DNA from: a virus
Taxonomy: Duplodnaviria > Caudoviricetes
Virus record (IMG/VR): IMGVR_UViG_2863357390_000001
Length of the DNA stretch: 64,000 nucleotides
Strand: one strand, 5' to 3'
Part shown: positions 43,900 to 54,008 of the stretch, in pieces
Position numbering within the stretch: the stretch's first letter is position 1
How the letters are laid out: each line of letters begins with the position of its first letter
Notes under the pieces: generated by a model
What the model was told of the DNA's origin: nothing
The model's input: the letters and a program-made list of their open reading frames with translations, nothing else
Databases searched by the model: none
Position numbers and translations under genes: made by a program

Positions 43900-44792
43900 T
43901 CCGCCCTCTCACGCTCGCCGTCCTGCTGTTCCTGGCCGCCGCCGTGCTCCTGCTGTCGGGGTGTTCGATCGCGAACACCACCGCGTCCGAGGTCGCGTTG
44001 CAGTACGGAGGCGGCCCGTTCGACTCGCGTGTGTTCGTGCAGTGTGTGCCGAACGGCACCCGCGAGGTCAACGACGTCGCGGACGACCACTTCTACTACC
44101 CGGCCGGGCAGCGGGACTTCACCTTCGGCCCCGACCAGGGGTTGGACTCGGCGCCGCTGACGTCCACGACCGGCGACGCGCAGGAGATCAGCGTCTCGGG
44201 CACGGTCAAGTTCACGGTGAACACCGACTGCTCGGAGTTCGTCGACCCGTCCGGCAAGAGGTGGCCGGGCGGGAAGTTGCAGATGTTCCACGAGCTGATC
44301 GCCGCCAAGTACGACGCCGCCCCGACCGACGGCGGCGAGTCGATGCCGAACGGGTGGAAGACGCTGCTGCGCAACTACATCGGCGCCGCCGTCGACCGGG
44401 CAACGGACAACGAGGCGCTCAAGTACGGGTGGCAGGACCTGTACACGGACACGGCGAAGAAGGCCCAGTGGGAGAAGGACGTGCTCGCGCAGCTCCCGGC
44501 GATCCTGTCCACGCTGACGCAGGGCGTCGACCTGATCCAGATCAACGCGGTCCTGCTGCAGAAGCCCGGCATCCAACCGGCCCTGGTGTCGGGGCTGACG
44601 GACAAGCAGGCCGCCGAACTGCGCAACCAGGCCGCCGAGGTGGACAAGAAGGCCGCGGAGAACTTCCCGGGCGGACTGGCCGGGTATCAGGCGTACCAGC
44701 AGCAGCAGGCGATCAACCAGGCGATCAAGGACGGCAAGGTCCAGGTGCTGCCGGTGCCGCAGGGCTCGCCGGTGATCGTCGGCGGCAAGTGA
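43896..44792 (+). CDS. SPFH/band-7-like lipoprotein
   Basis: Lipobox LLSGC; VALQYGGGPF, Q.RDFTF, SGTVKF; C-terminal coiled coil. Confidence 0.65.
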   Translation: MIRPLTLAVLLFLAAAVLLLSGCSIANTTASEVALQYGGGPFDSRVFVQCVPNGTREVNDVADDHFYYPAGQRDFTFGPDQGLDSAPLTSTTGDAQEISVSGTVKFTVNTDCSEFVDPSGKRWPGGKLQMFHELIAAKYDAAPTDGGESMPNGWKTLLRNYIGAAVDRATDNEALKYGWQDLYTDTAKKAQWEKDVLAQLPAILSTLTQGVDLIQINAVLLQKPGIQPALVSGLTDKQAAELRNQAAEVDKKAAENFPGGLAGYQAYQQQQAINQAIKDGKVQVLPVPQGSPVIVGGK

Positions 44793-45055
44793 TGGCCGCC
44801 GCCGTCGTGTCCCTGGTCCTGGCCGTGGCCGCGCTGGTGGTGGTGCAGCGGAACTGGCTGACTCTCGCCGACACCGAACGCATCCTGGGCGACAACGCCA
44901 GGACGTTGGCGTCGGTGACCGGGGATCGGGAGACGTGGATGGCGTCCGCCGTGCGCCACTACGCGCGGGCCCGTGCGTTCGAGCGCCGCGCCTGGCCGTT
45001 CAGGCCGAAGCGGCGCGGGGTCCGTGAGTCCGATCCGTCCACAGAGGAGGCGTGA
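44792..45055 (+). CDS. Small membrane-anchored protein
   Basis: N-terminal TM helix; coupled. Confidence 0.5.
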   Translation: MAAAVVSLVLAVAALVVVQRNWLTLADTERILGDNARTLASVTGDRETWMASAVRHYARARAFERRAWPFRPKRRGVRESDPSTEEA

Positions 45056-45678
45056 TGACCGACTTCTGCTCGACCCCGACCTGTGCGTCCCGTGACACCC
45101 CGCCCTGGGCGGCCGAAGGGGCGACCGTGTGCGCCCGGTGCGTCACCCGGCTCCGGGAGGACTGCACCGCCATCCCCACGCTGTGGAGACCCTGGACGGC
45201 CACCGCCGCGCTCTACCCCACCCGTGCCGCATCCGGCCGGCGCGCTCCGGGCGTGGCCCCGGCCGCACCGGCCAACTTGGTGGCCCTGGTCATGACCGAC
45301 GTGCGCACGTCGTGGGACGAGCCCGGTGACCTGCTCAACCCTCAGCGGGCGTTGGCCGAGGTGTCCGCGCGCATCCTCCGCGACGGCGCAGGCCAAGCGC
45401 GGGCGTTGGGGTCGCTGTCGGTGGCCGAGTCCTGTGCGGTCATCGGCGTCGGCCCGCTGCACTGGTGGGCGCTGGCGCAGGAGTGGGCGGGGGCGATGTG
45501 CTGGACGGTCCGCCTGGTCCGCCACCAGCTCGGCGGCCTGGCGCACGAGGTCCGGCCGCGCCCGGTCGGGACGTGCGAAGGGTGTCAGGGTCCGTTGTGG
45601 GTGTCGGGCATGTCGGTGGTGTGCCGGGCGTGCCGCACGGACAGGTCGGGGTTCGAGCTGCTCGGGCTGTCGGCATGA
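45052..45678 (+). CDS. Phage zinc-binding protein
   Basis: CSTPTC, CARC, CEGC, CRAC. Confidence 0.6.
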   Translation: MMTDFCSTPTCASRDTPPWAAEGATVCARCVTRLREDCTAIPTLWRPWTATAALYPTRAASGRRAPGVAPAAPANLVALVMTDVRTSWDEPGDLLNPQRALAEVSARILRDGAGQARALGSLSVAESCAVIGVGPLHWWALAQEWAGAMCWTVRLVRHQLGGLAHEVRPRPVGTCEGCQGPLWVSGMSVVCRACRTDRSGFELLGLSA

Positions 45679-45801
45679 GCGGCGACGACGCGGGCTTGCG
45701 CCGCCACGCCGCGAGAACCGTCATGTCCGAGTGGTGGCCTGGAACCGCATGGTTCCAGTACGGCAACGTCGGCGCCTTGCCATCGGAGGTAGGTAGCGCC
45801 C

Positions 45802-46056
45802 GTGCATGACATCGCCAGGTGGCTTCGTGACCAGATCTCGGCCGACGCCGACGTGCTCGCCATGTGCGACGCGCACGCCGCAATCCTTGCCGTCCACTAC
45901 GTCGACGAGAAGGACCCTGCCAGCGAATGCGTAGGCTGCCTCACCACCCGCTGGCGTGAGCCCTGGGCGCCCAACATCAACGAGTGCCCCACTCTGCGAG
46001 CGCTCGCTTTGGCCTACCAGCACCGCCCCGGCTACCGCGAGGAGTGGAGGCCATGA
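45802..46056 (+). CDS. DUF6221-like protein
   Basis: CPTLRALALAYQHRPGYREEWRP. Confidence 0.65.
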   Translation: MHDIARWLRDQISADADVLAMCDAHAAILAVHYVDEKDPASECVGCLTTRWREPWAPNINECPTLRALALAYQHRPGYREEWRP

Positions 46057-46787
46057 CGGGCGAGGTGTACGTCCTGGTCTCCGATGACGAGGCCGGGTTG
46101 CAGGTGCACGGTGTGTTCGAGGCCGAAGCCGACGCCCGCCGTATCGCCAACGAACTCGACGAGGACGGTGACTGCGGCTACGACGTCCGCCCGCTCGGAT
46201 ACTGGCCGTCGGGGACCGCGCCCACGGTCTACGAGGAGTGGGAAGTCGCCATCATCCGCGACTCCCCGGACGGCCAGAGCATCTACACGGAGGCCCGACG
46301 CTGCCTCGAATCCGACCTGCGGCCGGGCCGGGCCACCGTCGAACGCGACGAGTCCGGCCGCGTTCTCTCGATCACTGCGACCGCTGCCACCAAAGCCGCC
46401 GCGCTCGCCAAGGCCGAGGCCACCGCCGACGCATACCGCGGCCCGCGCTGTCTGGCCCACCGCCAGGACGGCCCCTGCTGGTCCGACCGAAACTGGTGTC
46501 TCCTGCCTGCGGCACACGGCGAAGACTGCGAGTTCGGCGCTTTCCCCGAGCCGGTGGTCGTGGACAGCGACTCCGACGTCCTGTACTTCAGGTTGTTCGA
46601 CCAGCGCCATCGGGTGCCCCGGAACGGCGGGGGCGTGGTCGCCCTCGCCGACGCCGGTCCGTATCTGGTGTACGAGCCGTCCCTGCCGCGGATGTGGTAC
46701 CCGTGCGTCGACGAGGCCGAGGCGCGGGTGGTCCAGGCGAGCCGTCAGGTGCAACGGGGTCGCATACCGCGCGGCGACGGCGGGTGA
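46053..46787 (+). CDS. Hypothetical protein
   Basis: GGAGG RBS; VHGVFEAEADA. Confidence 0.55.
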   Translation: MTGEVYVLVSDDEAGLQVHGVFEAEADARRIANELDEDGDCGYDVRPLGYWPSGTAPTVYEEWEVAIIRDSPDGQSIYTEARRCLESDLRPGRATVERDESGRVLSITATAATKAAALAKAEATADAYRGPRCLAHRQDGPCWSDRNWCLLPAAHGEDCEFGAFPEPVVVDSDSDVLYFRLFDQRHRVPRNGGGVVALADAGPYLVYEPSLPRMWYPCVDEAEARVVQASRQVQRGRIPRGDGG

Positions 46788-46794
46788 CCCGGCT

Positions 46795-47043
46795 GTGCCG
46801 CCCGCCAGAGACCGGCCGTCCCGTGAGGACGTGTGGCTGCCCGCCGACCTGCTGCTCGTGCTGCTCACCCAGGAAGCGGTCCGGACCGGCGACAGGCGCC
46901 TGCGCGTGACCCGCAAGGCCATCAACACGTGGGTGCGCCGGCGGCACGTGCGGTACGAACGCGGCCGGGGCTACCACGTCGCCTCGGTGATCGACTACCT
47001 GACCAACCGGGGACGACGCGGCCTGCACCGCCGGTCGTCTTGA
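46795..47043 (+). CDS. Small HTH protein (possible late regulator)
   Basis: VTRKAINTWVRRRHV...GYHVASVIDYL; start uncertain. Confidence 0.45.
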   Translation: MPPARDRPSREDVWLPADLLLVLLTQEAVRTGDRRLRVTRKAINTWVRRRHVRYERGRGYHVASVIDYLTNRGRRGLHRRSS

Positions 47044-47126
47044 CCAGCGGCGACGCGATGTGTCACCATCCGTGACAGCGCCACACGTGTGCCCACCGCA
47101 CCACACGACGCGCGCGAAACCCCCTT

Positions 47127-47266
47127 GAGGCCCCGGCATCCACCCGCCGGGGCCTCACCCATGTCTTCCCCGGAAAACGGGCCTGGGCGGCCCTGTGTGG
47201 CGGGCCGGGGAACAACGCGGTCGGGAAGCACCTGCCGGGAACTCCACCCCCGGCGCTTCCCGACCG
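47127..47266 (+). other. Three tandem hairpins in the leader of the late operon
   Basis: 10-bp, 8-bp and 13-bp perfect stems. Confidence 0.45.
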
Positions 47267-47316
47267 CCCCCATCCGAACCGCACCCCCGAACAGCAGGAA
47301 AGGGGGGTGAGACCCC

Positions 47317-47535
47317 GTGGCCGACACCCGACTGCTGCGCACCTGCATCGGCTGCGCGCAGACCGACGACCACCCCCGCCACGTGGTGTGGCAGCCCGGT
47401 GACGTCGAGGTCACCTGGCACATGGACTGCCACGTCATCGCCACCGGCTGCCCCGTCTGCGAGGGGCAGTTGGCCGGGGCGGACGGGCTCACCGGGGACG
47501 CACTCCGCGCCCACCTGACCACAAAGGACGGATGA
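47317..47535 (+). CDS. Small zinc-binding protein
   Basis: CIGCAQTDDHPRH...WHMDCH...CPVC. Confidence 0.6.
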   Translation: MADTRLLRTCIGCAQTDDHPRHVVWQPGDVEVTWHMDCHVIATGCPVCEGQLAGADGLTGDALRAHLTTKDG

Positions 47536-47539
47536 CACG

Positions 47540-47923
47540 ATGCCCGCTCTGGTCACCACCGAGGCCAACAGGTTGCTGGACGCGAGCCTCGGCGTCGCCA
47601 CGTACACCGCGCCCACCGGCTCCATGAAGGTCGCACTCGCCACCTCCGCGTCCAGCGCTTCGGCCGCGGGCACCGAGGTGTCCGGCGGTTCCTACGCCCG
47701 CCAGAACGTCACCTTCGGGTCGGCGTCGGCGGGCTCCACGAGCAACACCGGCGCGGTCACGTTCACGAGCATGCCCGCGGCGACCGTGACGCACGTGGAC
47801 ATCTACGACTCCAACGGCACGCCGCGCCGCGCCTGGTACGGCGCGCTGACCGCCAGCAAGACCACTGCCAGTGGCGACACGCTCAGCTTCGCCATCGGCG
47901 CGCTCACGATCAGCCTGTCCTGA
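47540..47923 (+). CDS. Virion fibre/tail-associated small beta protein
   Basis: GTEVSGGSYARQ.VTF...NTGAVTF...GALTASKT..SGDTLSF. Confidence 0.6.
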   Translation: MPALVTTEANRLLDASLGVATYTAPTGSMKVALATSASSASAAGTEVSGGSYARQNVTFGSASAGSTSNTGAVTFTSMPAATVTHVDIYDSNGTPRRAWYGALTASKTTASGDTLSFAIGALTISLS

Positions 47924-47951
47924 CCGACACACGACATTCCGGGGGAACGAG

Positions 47952-48248
47952 TTGGCCGGCTTACAGCCCACCAGCGGAAACGACGTCAACACCCAGCTCG
48001 GGGTTATCGCGCGCAACGTGTTCGCGGCCCTGGCCGACGTCAAGCAGGCCAAGGACTGGCTCGACACCATGCCCGACAACACCCTCACCTCCCCGCCGTT
48101 CAACATGACGTCGGGTGACGTCGCGGTCCTCAAGTCCGCTTTCGCCGACCTGGCCAAGCTCGCCGCGGTCTTCGAGGGGACCCAGCCGCACAGCCCGGCG
48201 GCTGACCTCCGCGGGTTCGCCCGGCAGACGATCGGCATCAACTCCTGA
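47952..48248 (+). CDS. Hypothetical protein of the fibre module
   Basis: Helical; TTG start inferred. Confidence 0.5.
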   Translation: MAGLQPTSGNDVNTQLGVIARNVFAALADVKQAKDWLDTMPDNTLTSPPFNMTSGDVAVLKSAFADLAKLAAVFEGTQPHSPAADLRGFARQTIGINS

Positions 48249-48262
48249 CGAGGTAGGTCGCG

Positions 48263-50140
48263 ATGGCGGCTCCCGCGTACGGCAGCGCCGGCACCTACTA
48301 CAACCCCGGCGGCACCGGCACCTCGGCGGTGGTGGCGGTGCCGTCCGGCGTGGTCTCCGGCGACGTCGTCCTGGTCGCGCTCTACAAGGAGAACAGCGCC
48401 ACGGTCACCCCGCCGTCGGGTTTCACCGAGGTGTCGTCCACCCCGGTCACGACCACGTCGTCGGGCGTGCACACGCTGCACGTGTTCTGGAAGCGGGCGA
48501 CCGGCGCCGACTCGGGCACCTACACGTTCTCGTGGACCGGCGCGGTCTACCGCGAGGGGTCCGCGCAGCGATACACCGGCGTCGTCACCAGCGGAAACCC
48601 TTTCGACGTCCAGAACTCGGCGCAGCGCTCCAGCAACGGCACCGCCACCCCTGCGGTCACTGTCACCACCACGGGCGCCGACCGGCTGCTCGTCTGGGCC
48701 GCGACGAGCTGGGCCGGTGGCGCGTGGACCCCGCCGACCGGGTACACCGAGCGCGTCGACACCTCGGCCGACCTCACCGTGGCCACGGTGGTGCAGGCGT
48801 CGTCCGGGTCGTCGGGCAGCGTCACGGGCACGTGTGCCGGGTCCAGTGCGCAGACCGCGTGGCTGGGAGCGCTGCTCCCGGTCTCGGGTGCGTCCACGGT
48901 GGACGCCACCGCCACGCTGGCCGCGTCGTCCACGCTGGCCGCCGCGGGGACGGTCACCACGCCGGCCACTGCCGCGCTCGTCGCGTCGAGCACCCTGTCC
49001 GCCGCGGCGACCACGACCACGAGTGCCACGGCCACGCTCGCGGCCGACTCGGCGTTCACCGCTGCGGCGGCGATCGCCCGCCCGGCCGCCGTGACCTTGG
49101 CGGCGGACTCCGCGCTGACCGCCGTCGGAACGGTCGACCGGCCTGCGACCGCGACGCTGCCCGCCGAGTCGACGCTCACCGCGATCGTCGACCGCACCGC
49201 CGTCACCACGACGCTCCTGGCCGGAACCGCAACGCTTACGGCGGACGCGGTCGCGACCCGCACCACGGGCGCCACGCTGACCGCGTCGTCCTCGCTCAGC
49301 TCGGGCGCGGACCGCACGGCCACCACAACCGTGGGCCTGTCCGCCACGTCGACCGTCACCGCCGACCCGACCGTGGTTCGGCCTGCGGCAGCCACGCTGA
49401 CCGCGACCGGCACCCTCACGGCCGGCGCCGACCGCACCGCCGTCACGTCCGCCGTCCTCGCCGGTACCAGTGGTCTCACCGCGGACGCCGCCGTCACCCG
49501 GCCCGCGACGGCTGTCCTCACCGGCACGTCGACGCTCACGGCCGACCCCGGCGGCGCACTCCCGGCCACGGCCGGCCTGACCGGCTCCACGACCCTGGCC
49601 GCGACCGCCGTCCGGTCCACGCACCCCGACGCCCAACTCGCCGCCACGTCCACCCTGACCACGACGGCGACACGCACCACGACCGGCGCTGCCCAGGCGG
49701 TGGCCGACAGCCAGCTCGCCGCGACCGCCGGCCTCACCACTACCGCCTCGGGAACGCTCACCGCGAGTTCGAGCCTCACCGCGGCGGCGGTGGTCTCGGC
49801 GGGTGGTGTCGGGGCGTCGCTGACCGGCGGGTCGTCGCTGACCGCGACCGCCGTGCGCGACGCACCCGCCCTGGCCGTGCTCGTCGGCGCGGCCACGCTC
49901 ACCACCTCCGGAGCCGTCCACGCCCCGGCCGTCGCACTCCTGGCCGGAACGTCCGCGCTGGCCGCGTCCACGACCTCGACCCACACGGCCACCGCGACCC
50001 TGACCGCGACGAGCGCCCTGGCCGCCACGGCCACGGGTGAGAGCGGTGAGCTGGACGACGTGTTCGCTCTCGGCCGAATCGGCACCGGGTGGACGCTCGG
50101 CCGGTTCGGGAGCGGGTGGCGGGCCGGACGCGTCGACTGA
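48263..50140 (+). CDS. Ala/Thr-rich repetitive virion fibre-like protein
   Basis: N-terminal beta domain, then about 22-aa A/T-rich repeats (ATATL.A.STL.A). Confidence 0.6.
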   Translation: MAAPAYGSAGTYYNPGGTGTSAVVAVPSGVVSGDVVLVALYKENSATVTPPSGFTEVSSTPVTTTSSGVHTLHVFWKRATGADSGTYTFSWTGAVYREGSAQRYTGVVTSGNPFDVQNSAQRSSNGTATPAVTVTTTGADRLLVWAATSWAGGAWTPPTGYTERVDTSADLTVATVVQASSGSSGSVTGTCAGSSAQTAWLGALLPVSGASTVDATATLAASSTLAAAGTVTTPATAALVASSTLSAAATTTTSATATLAADSAFTAAAAIARPAAVTLAADSALTAVGTVDRPATATLPAESTLTAIVDRTAVTTTLLAGTATLTADAVATRTTGATLTASSSLSSGADRTATTTVGLSATSTVTADPTVVRPAAATLTATGTLTAGADRTAVTSAVLAGTSGLTADAAVTRPATAVLTGTSTLTADPGGALPATAGLTGSTTLAATAVRSTHPDAQLAATSTLTTTATRTTTGAAQAVADSQLAATAGLTTTASGTLTASSSLTAAAVVSAGGVGASLTGGSSLTATAVRDAPALAVLVGAATLTTSGAVHAPAVALLAGTSALAASTTSTHTATATLTATSALAATATGESGELDDVFALGRIGTGWTLGRFGSGWRAGRVD

Positions 50141-50155
50141 GGAAAGGGGACATCG

Positions 50156-50479
50156 GTGGACAAGCGCCTGTCCCGTGACTCGGTCGAGCTGCTGCGCGTC
50201 GAGGTCCTCCACACCAGACCCGACGGCACCCCGGCCGACCCGACGATCTACCCGGTCGCCGTCGCGGTCACCCCGGCCGACGTGCGCTACGTGCTGTCCA
50301 CCGACTTCAAGCCTGCCCAGTGGCAGCACGGCCCGGCCGGTCCGGTGGCGGTGGTGCTCGTGGGTACCGGGTCGGACGTCGGCACCCTCGCGCTCGGCCG
50401 CAACGCCGTGTGGGTACGGGTGCAGGCAGACCCGGAGATCCCGGTGATGCGCGCCGACATGACCCTCGTCGTCTACTGA
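50156..50479 (+). CDS. Fibre-module protein
   Basis: VAVAVTP...LVG...VWVRVQADPEIPV; AGGGGG RBS. Confidence 0.55.
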   Translation: MDKRLSRDSVELLRVEVLHTRPDGTPADPTIYPVAVAVTPADVRYVLSTDFKPAQWQHGPAGPVAVVLVGTGSDVGTLALGRNAVWVRVQADPEIPVMRADMTLVVY

Positions 50480-50566
50480 CCGGACGTGACGCTGCGTGGT
50501 CGAGGTGTCGGAAAACACCGGGCCGAGACCCGTACCAGCCAGTAACTCCGGTGGACGGAGAGTGAC

Positions 50567-50929
50567 ATGCCCCAGCGTGCGGGCAAACGCTGCCCCACCC
50601 CCGGCTGCACCAACCCCACCGGCCCCGACGGCTACTGCGCCGAACGCTGCGCACGCCGCCGCAACGCCGCCGCCCACCGCACCACACCCACCAAGGTCGC
50701 CAGGGCCAGCCGCGAGGTCCGCCGCCACCGCGCCGAAGCGGTCCGAGCCCACCTCGACCAGCACGACGACGGCATGGGCCACTGCCCCGGCTACGGCCGC
50801 GAACCACACGACGTGTTCCCGGGCGAACTCACCGCCGACGACCCGGTCCCGATCGCGCGCGGCGGCGACCCGCTTCAGCAGATGGCCGTCCTGTGCAGGT
50901 CGTGCAACAGCCGCAAGGGAGCCCGATGA
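50567..50929 (+). CDS. Packaging-associated HNH endonuclease
   Basis: CPTPGC...YCAE; CPG...TADDP...VLCRSCNSRKG. Confidence 0.8.
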   Translation: MPQRAGKRCPTPGCTNPTGPDGYCAERCARRRNAAAHRTTPTKVARASREVRRHRAEAVRAHLDQHDDGMGHCPGYGREPHDVFPGELTADDPVPIARGGDPLQQMAVLCRSCNSRKGAR

Positions 50930-51306
50930 CCGCCGCCATCACGCCCACCGACAGCAACCTCGTCGCCCACGCCCGACGCGAACTCCAGCGCCTCGGCGAG
51001 GACCCTGACACCATCGACGGCATCGTCGCCGTGGTCCAGGCTTTCGCCGACTGCGGCCACTCCGGTGGCTCCGCTCCGCACGCGATCGCCTACCTCGAAC
51101 GCCTGCTTCGCTTCGAGCCCCTGTCCCCGATCACGGACGACCCCGACGAGTGGATCGACCGCTCGGAGATGAGTGGGATGCCGTGCTGGCAGAACCTTCG
51201 CCACTCCCGTGCCATGTCCCACGACGGGGGCAAAACCTACTGGCTGGTCGAGGACAACGTTCCCGTCGACGGCGTCACCCCGACCTACGTGAGCGAACCG
51301 GCGTAA
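50926..51306 (+). CDS. Conserved phage hypothetical protein
   Basis: GHSGGSA...PLSPITDDPDEW. Confidence 0.6.
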   Translation: MTAAITPTDSNLVAHARRELQRLGEDPDTIDGIVAVVQAFADCGHSGGSAPHAIAYLERLLRFEPLSPITDDPDEWIDRSEMSGMPCWQNLRHSRAMSHDGGKTYWLVEDNVPVDGVTPTYVSEPA

Positions 51307-51547
51307 GGGGGCAGTATCCGGATCATCAAGGGCGTGAAGGGCGAGTTCTACCCGTGAAGCCGAGGGGTTCACCGCGACCTACGAAGCCGTCCGGTAGAGC
51401 CCAAACGAGAGGACCCGCAGTGTACGAGCACGAGTCTTGGCCCGAGGTCATAGCCGACGCCCTCGCCGGACTGTTCGGGTTCGTGTTCTTCTTCGCCGTG
51501 CAGTTCTTGTTCATGTGGGGTCTTCTAGAACTGGTGGAGGCGGTGGC

Positions 51548-52114
51548 ATGAGGTACTGGTACGACACCGAATTCTTGGAGGACGGCCGCACGATCGACCT
51601 GATCTCCATCGGGATCGTCGCCGAGGACGGCCGCGAGTACTACGCGGTCAACGAGGACGCCACGTACGGCAAGCTCAACCGGCGCATCCGCCGCCACCAG
51701 TGGCTGATGGACAACGTCGTGCCCGGCCTGCCGAAGCCGCACGGCGACCGGATTCTCCACATGCCCGACCGGTGGCTGTTCGACTACCACGCGCCCGAGG
51801 TCAAGCCGCACCACCGCATCGCCGACGAGGTACGCGACTTCCTCCTTGCCACCGACAGCCCGGTGTTGTGGGCCGACTACGGCGCCTACGACCACGTCGT
51901 CCTGTGCCAGTTGTGGGGGCCCATGGTCGACCTTCCGAAGGGCCTGCCGATGTTCACCCGTGACATCCAGCAGGAAGCCGCCCGGCTCGGCATCGGCTGG
52001 GATGAACTGCCCCAGCAGGAGTCCGGCCACCACAACGCGCTCGCCGACGCCAGGCACTGCCGACTCAGGTGGCGGTATCTGGACGAGGTCCGTAGTGCCG
52101 AAGGGACCCGATGA
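51548..52114 (+). CDS. DEDD 3'-5' exonuclease (RNase AS-like)
   Basis: YDTEF...LISIGIVAEDGREYYAV; YDHV; HNALADA. Confidence 0.85.
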   Translation: MRYWYDTEFLEDGRTIDLISIGIVAEDGREYYAVNEDATYGKLNRRIRRHQWLMDNVVPGLPKPHGDRILHMPDRWLFDYHAPEVKPHHRIADEVRDFLLATDSPVLWADYGAYDHVVLCQLWGPMVDLPKGLPMFTRDIQQEAARLGIGWDELPQQESGHHNALADARHCRLRWRYLDEVRSAEGTR

Positions 52115-52641
52115 CCGCGCCCGACGAGACCCGGTGCATGCCCGGCTCCACAGTCCCGGAACTGCGAGACCGGATCGCCCAGCTCACCGCCGGCGCCGAC
52201 CCCACCCCGTACGACCCGGGCGTATGGCCCACCCCGGCCCAGTACGTGCACCGCTGGAACCTGATGACCGGCCCCGAACGCCTCGCCGAGGCAGACCGGA
52301 CGATCAGCCTGCTCAAAGAACTCGGGCCGCCCAACTGGCTCGACATCCGAGGCAGGGTCGTCGATCCGGAATCCGCGCCGCTCGGCACGACGCTGCTGTT
52401 CCCGGAGCAGCAGGACGAGCACCACTGGCCCGAGATCGCCATCCGCTGGTCCCCGCCCGGGGCATCGGACGAGCCTTACCCGTGGCTGATCGTCGGCAGC
52501 GAAGGCCCGCAGAAGCTGAGCCACGACGTCGTCGTCGGCTGCACCGTCCTCACCGGACGGCTCACCACCCTGTGCCAAGCGGTGGAGGCAGAGACCCAAG
52601 CGCGGGCGTCACGACACGGAGATCGCGGTACGGTCGCCTGA
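52111..52641 (+). CDS. Hypothetical protein
   Basis: Coupled ORF. Confidence 0.5.
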   Translation: MTAPDETRCMPGSTVPELRDRIAQLTAGADPTPYDPGVWPTPAQYVHRWNLMTGPERLAEADRTISLLKELGPPNWLDIRGRVVDPESAPLGTTLLFPEQQDEHHWPEIAIRWSPPGASDEPYPWLIVGSEGPQKLSHDVVVGCTVLTGRLTTLCQAVEAETQARASRHGDRGTVA

Positions 52642-52675
52642 TAGACGCCCCCACACTTCCATCGGAGCCGCCCCG

Positions 52676-53023
52676 ATGAACGAGTACCCCTACGCCACGT
52701 GCACGCGCTCGATCCCGTCGTGGGTGATGTTCGGCGTCGAGCGCCCTGGGCATGTCGTCCTGTTCGCCAGCAACGAACTCACCCAGGCCGAGCTTCGATC
52801 GCACGTCCTGGGGGAACCGCTGCTCTGGGAGTCGTCGCCGGTCGAGTGGGAGTACGTGCTCACGACGACCACGAGTTCGTTCGTGAAGATCCTCGCTCCG
52901 GACTGGCCGGCTGCGTTCAAGGGCCCCTTCGCACGCTGGTCGCCCGACGCGCAGAACCGGGACACCACCAACCCGGCTGGCCTCTTGGGACACGACATGG
53001 CACAGGCCCAGCTCCCGCAGTGA
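52676..53023 (+). CDS. Hypothetical protein
   Basis: Normal composition. Confidence 0.45.
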   Translation: MNEYPYATCTRSIPSWVMFGVERPGHVVLFASNELTQAELRSHVLGEPLLWESSPVEWEYVLTTTTSSFVKILAPDWPAAFKGPFARWSPDAQNRDTTNPAGLLGHDMAQAQLPQ

Positions 53024-53086
53024 CCGACGGCAGCACGGGAGCCCCGAGGTTTGGACGGCACGAAGTCACGCGAGAAGCGGGTGGGG

Positions 53087-53317
53087 ATGATGGACAGCCC
53101 CAAAGACGTCACCGTTCAGGAGTTCCTCGACGACCTGTGTGACGCCCTCGCCCACATCGACGTGGTCCAACCCGCAGACCTCCGCGAGCCCTTGAGCCTG
53201 TGGCTCCGCGCCACCGAGGAACGCGCACTCCGTGACGGTTGGACGCACCTGCTGGGCCGGTCGGTCACCGCCGAGTGGAACGCGACCCGAGCGATCCTCC
53301 GCGCCGCAAGAGAGTGA
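53087..53317 (+). CDS. Hypothetical protein
   Basis: Helical small ORF. Confidence 0.45.
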   Translation: MMDSPKDVTVQEFLDDLCDALAHIDVVQPADLREPLSLWLRATEERALRDGWTHLLGRSVTAEWNATRAILRAARE

Positions 53318-53324
53318 GGCGTCG

Positions 53325-53501
53325 ATGCGCTGCATCATGCAGAACCCCGGCGTCAACGAACACGAACCTGCAGTTGCGGTCATCGTCACCCACGTCGAAG
53401 ACGGCAACCGCATCCCGATCTGCAAGCGGGACCTGGACTGGTGGCTGGACGACGCCGACGACAATCCCGGCATGGAACCGGCAGACCTCGTTTTCCTCTG
53501 A
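53325..53501 (+). CDS. Hypothetical protein
   Basis: GAGG RBS. Confidence 0.4.
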   Translation: MRCIMQNPGVNEHEPAVAVIVTHVEDGNRIPICKRDLDWWLDDADDNPGMEPADLVFL

Positions 53502-53519
53502 TCTCGACGGAGATGCCCG

Positions 53520-53987
53520 ATGTCTGACCTCCCGCGCAACCTCGTGATCCGCGACCCCGGCGAGGAATTCACGTTCCGGATCGGCGACCACGACCTCACC
53601 GACCTCCCGATCGCCCAGCACGGGCCGATCATCGAGAACCTCACGCCCGGCCACGCCAACCCGCTTTACCGCGCGTGGGTGCCGTTCATGGTCGAGGGCA
53701 CGATCGAGGACCCGCAGGGCCTGTGCCGTCTCGTCCACGACGGAGAAGCCGAACTCGTGGGCCTGCCCAGCGGCGAGCAGGAACTGACCCTGCGCCTACC
53801 CGCCGAGCCACCCGAGGGCTGGCACGCCATACCCCGAGGCGGACCCCACGCCCGACGTACCTTCACCCGAGCCGGCAGCCGCTGGGCCCACACCACCGAT
53901 GGTGACAAGCCGACGTGGCCGGAACTTCTCGCATCGGCTGGCAGCGCGGGCGTCGCGGTCATAAGCCCCTTGGTCCCCGGCATCTGA
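53520..53987 (+). CDS. Hypothetical protein
   Basis: GGAG RBS. Confidence 0.5.
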   Translation: MSDLPRNLVIRDPGEEFTFRIGDHDLTDLPIAQHGPIIENLTPGHANPLYRAWVPFMVEGTIEDPQGLCRLVHDGEAELVGLPSGEQELTLRLPAEPPEGWHAIPRGGPHARRTFTRAGSRWAHTTDGDKPTWPELLASAGSAGVAVISPLVPGI

Positions 53988-54008
53988 CCCGACAGGGAGG
54001 GTGACAGC

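Noticed and set aside
47489-50809. 1106-aa minus-strand ORF
   Set aside because: Gly/Arg-rich antisense shadow of the Ala/Thr-rich fibre genes, expected at this GC content.
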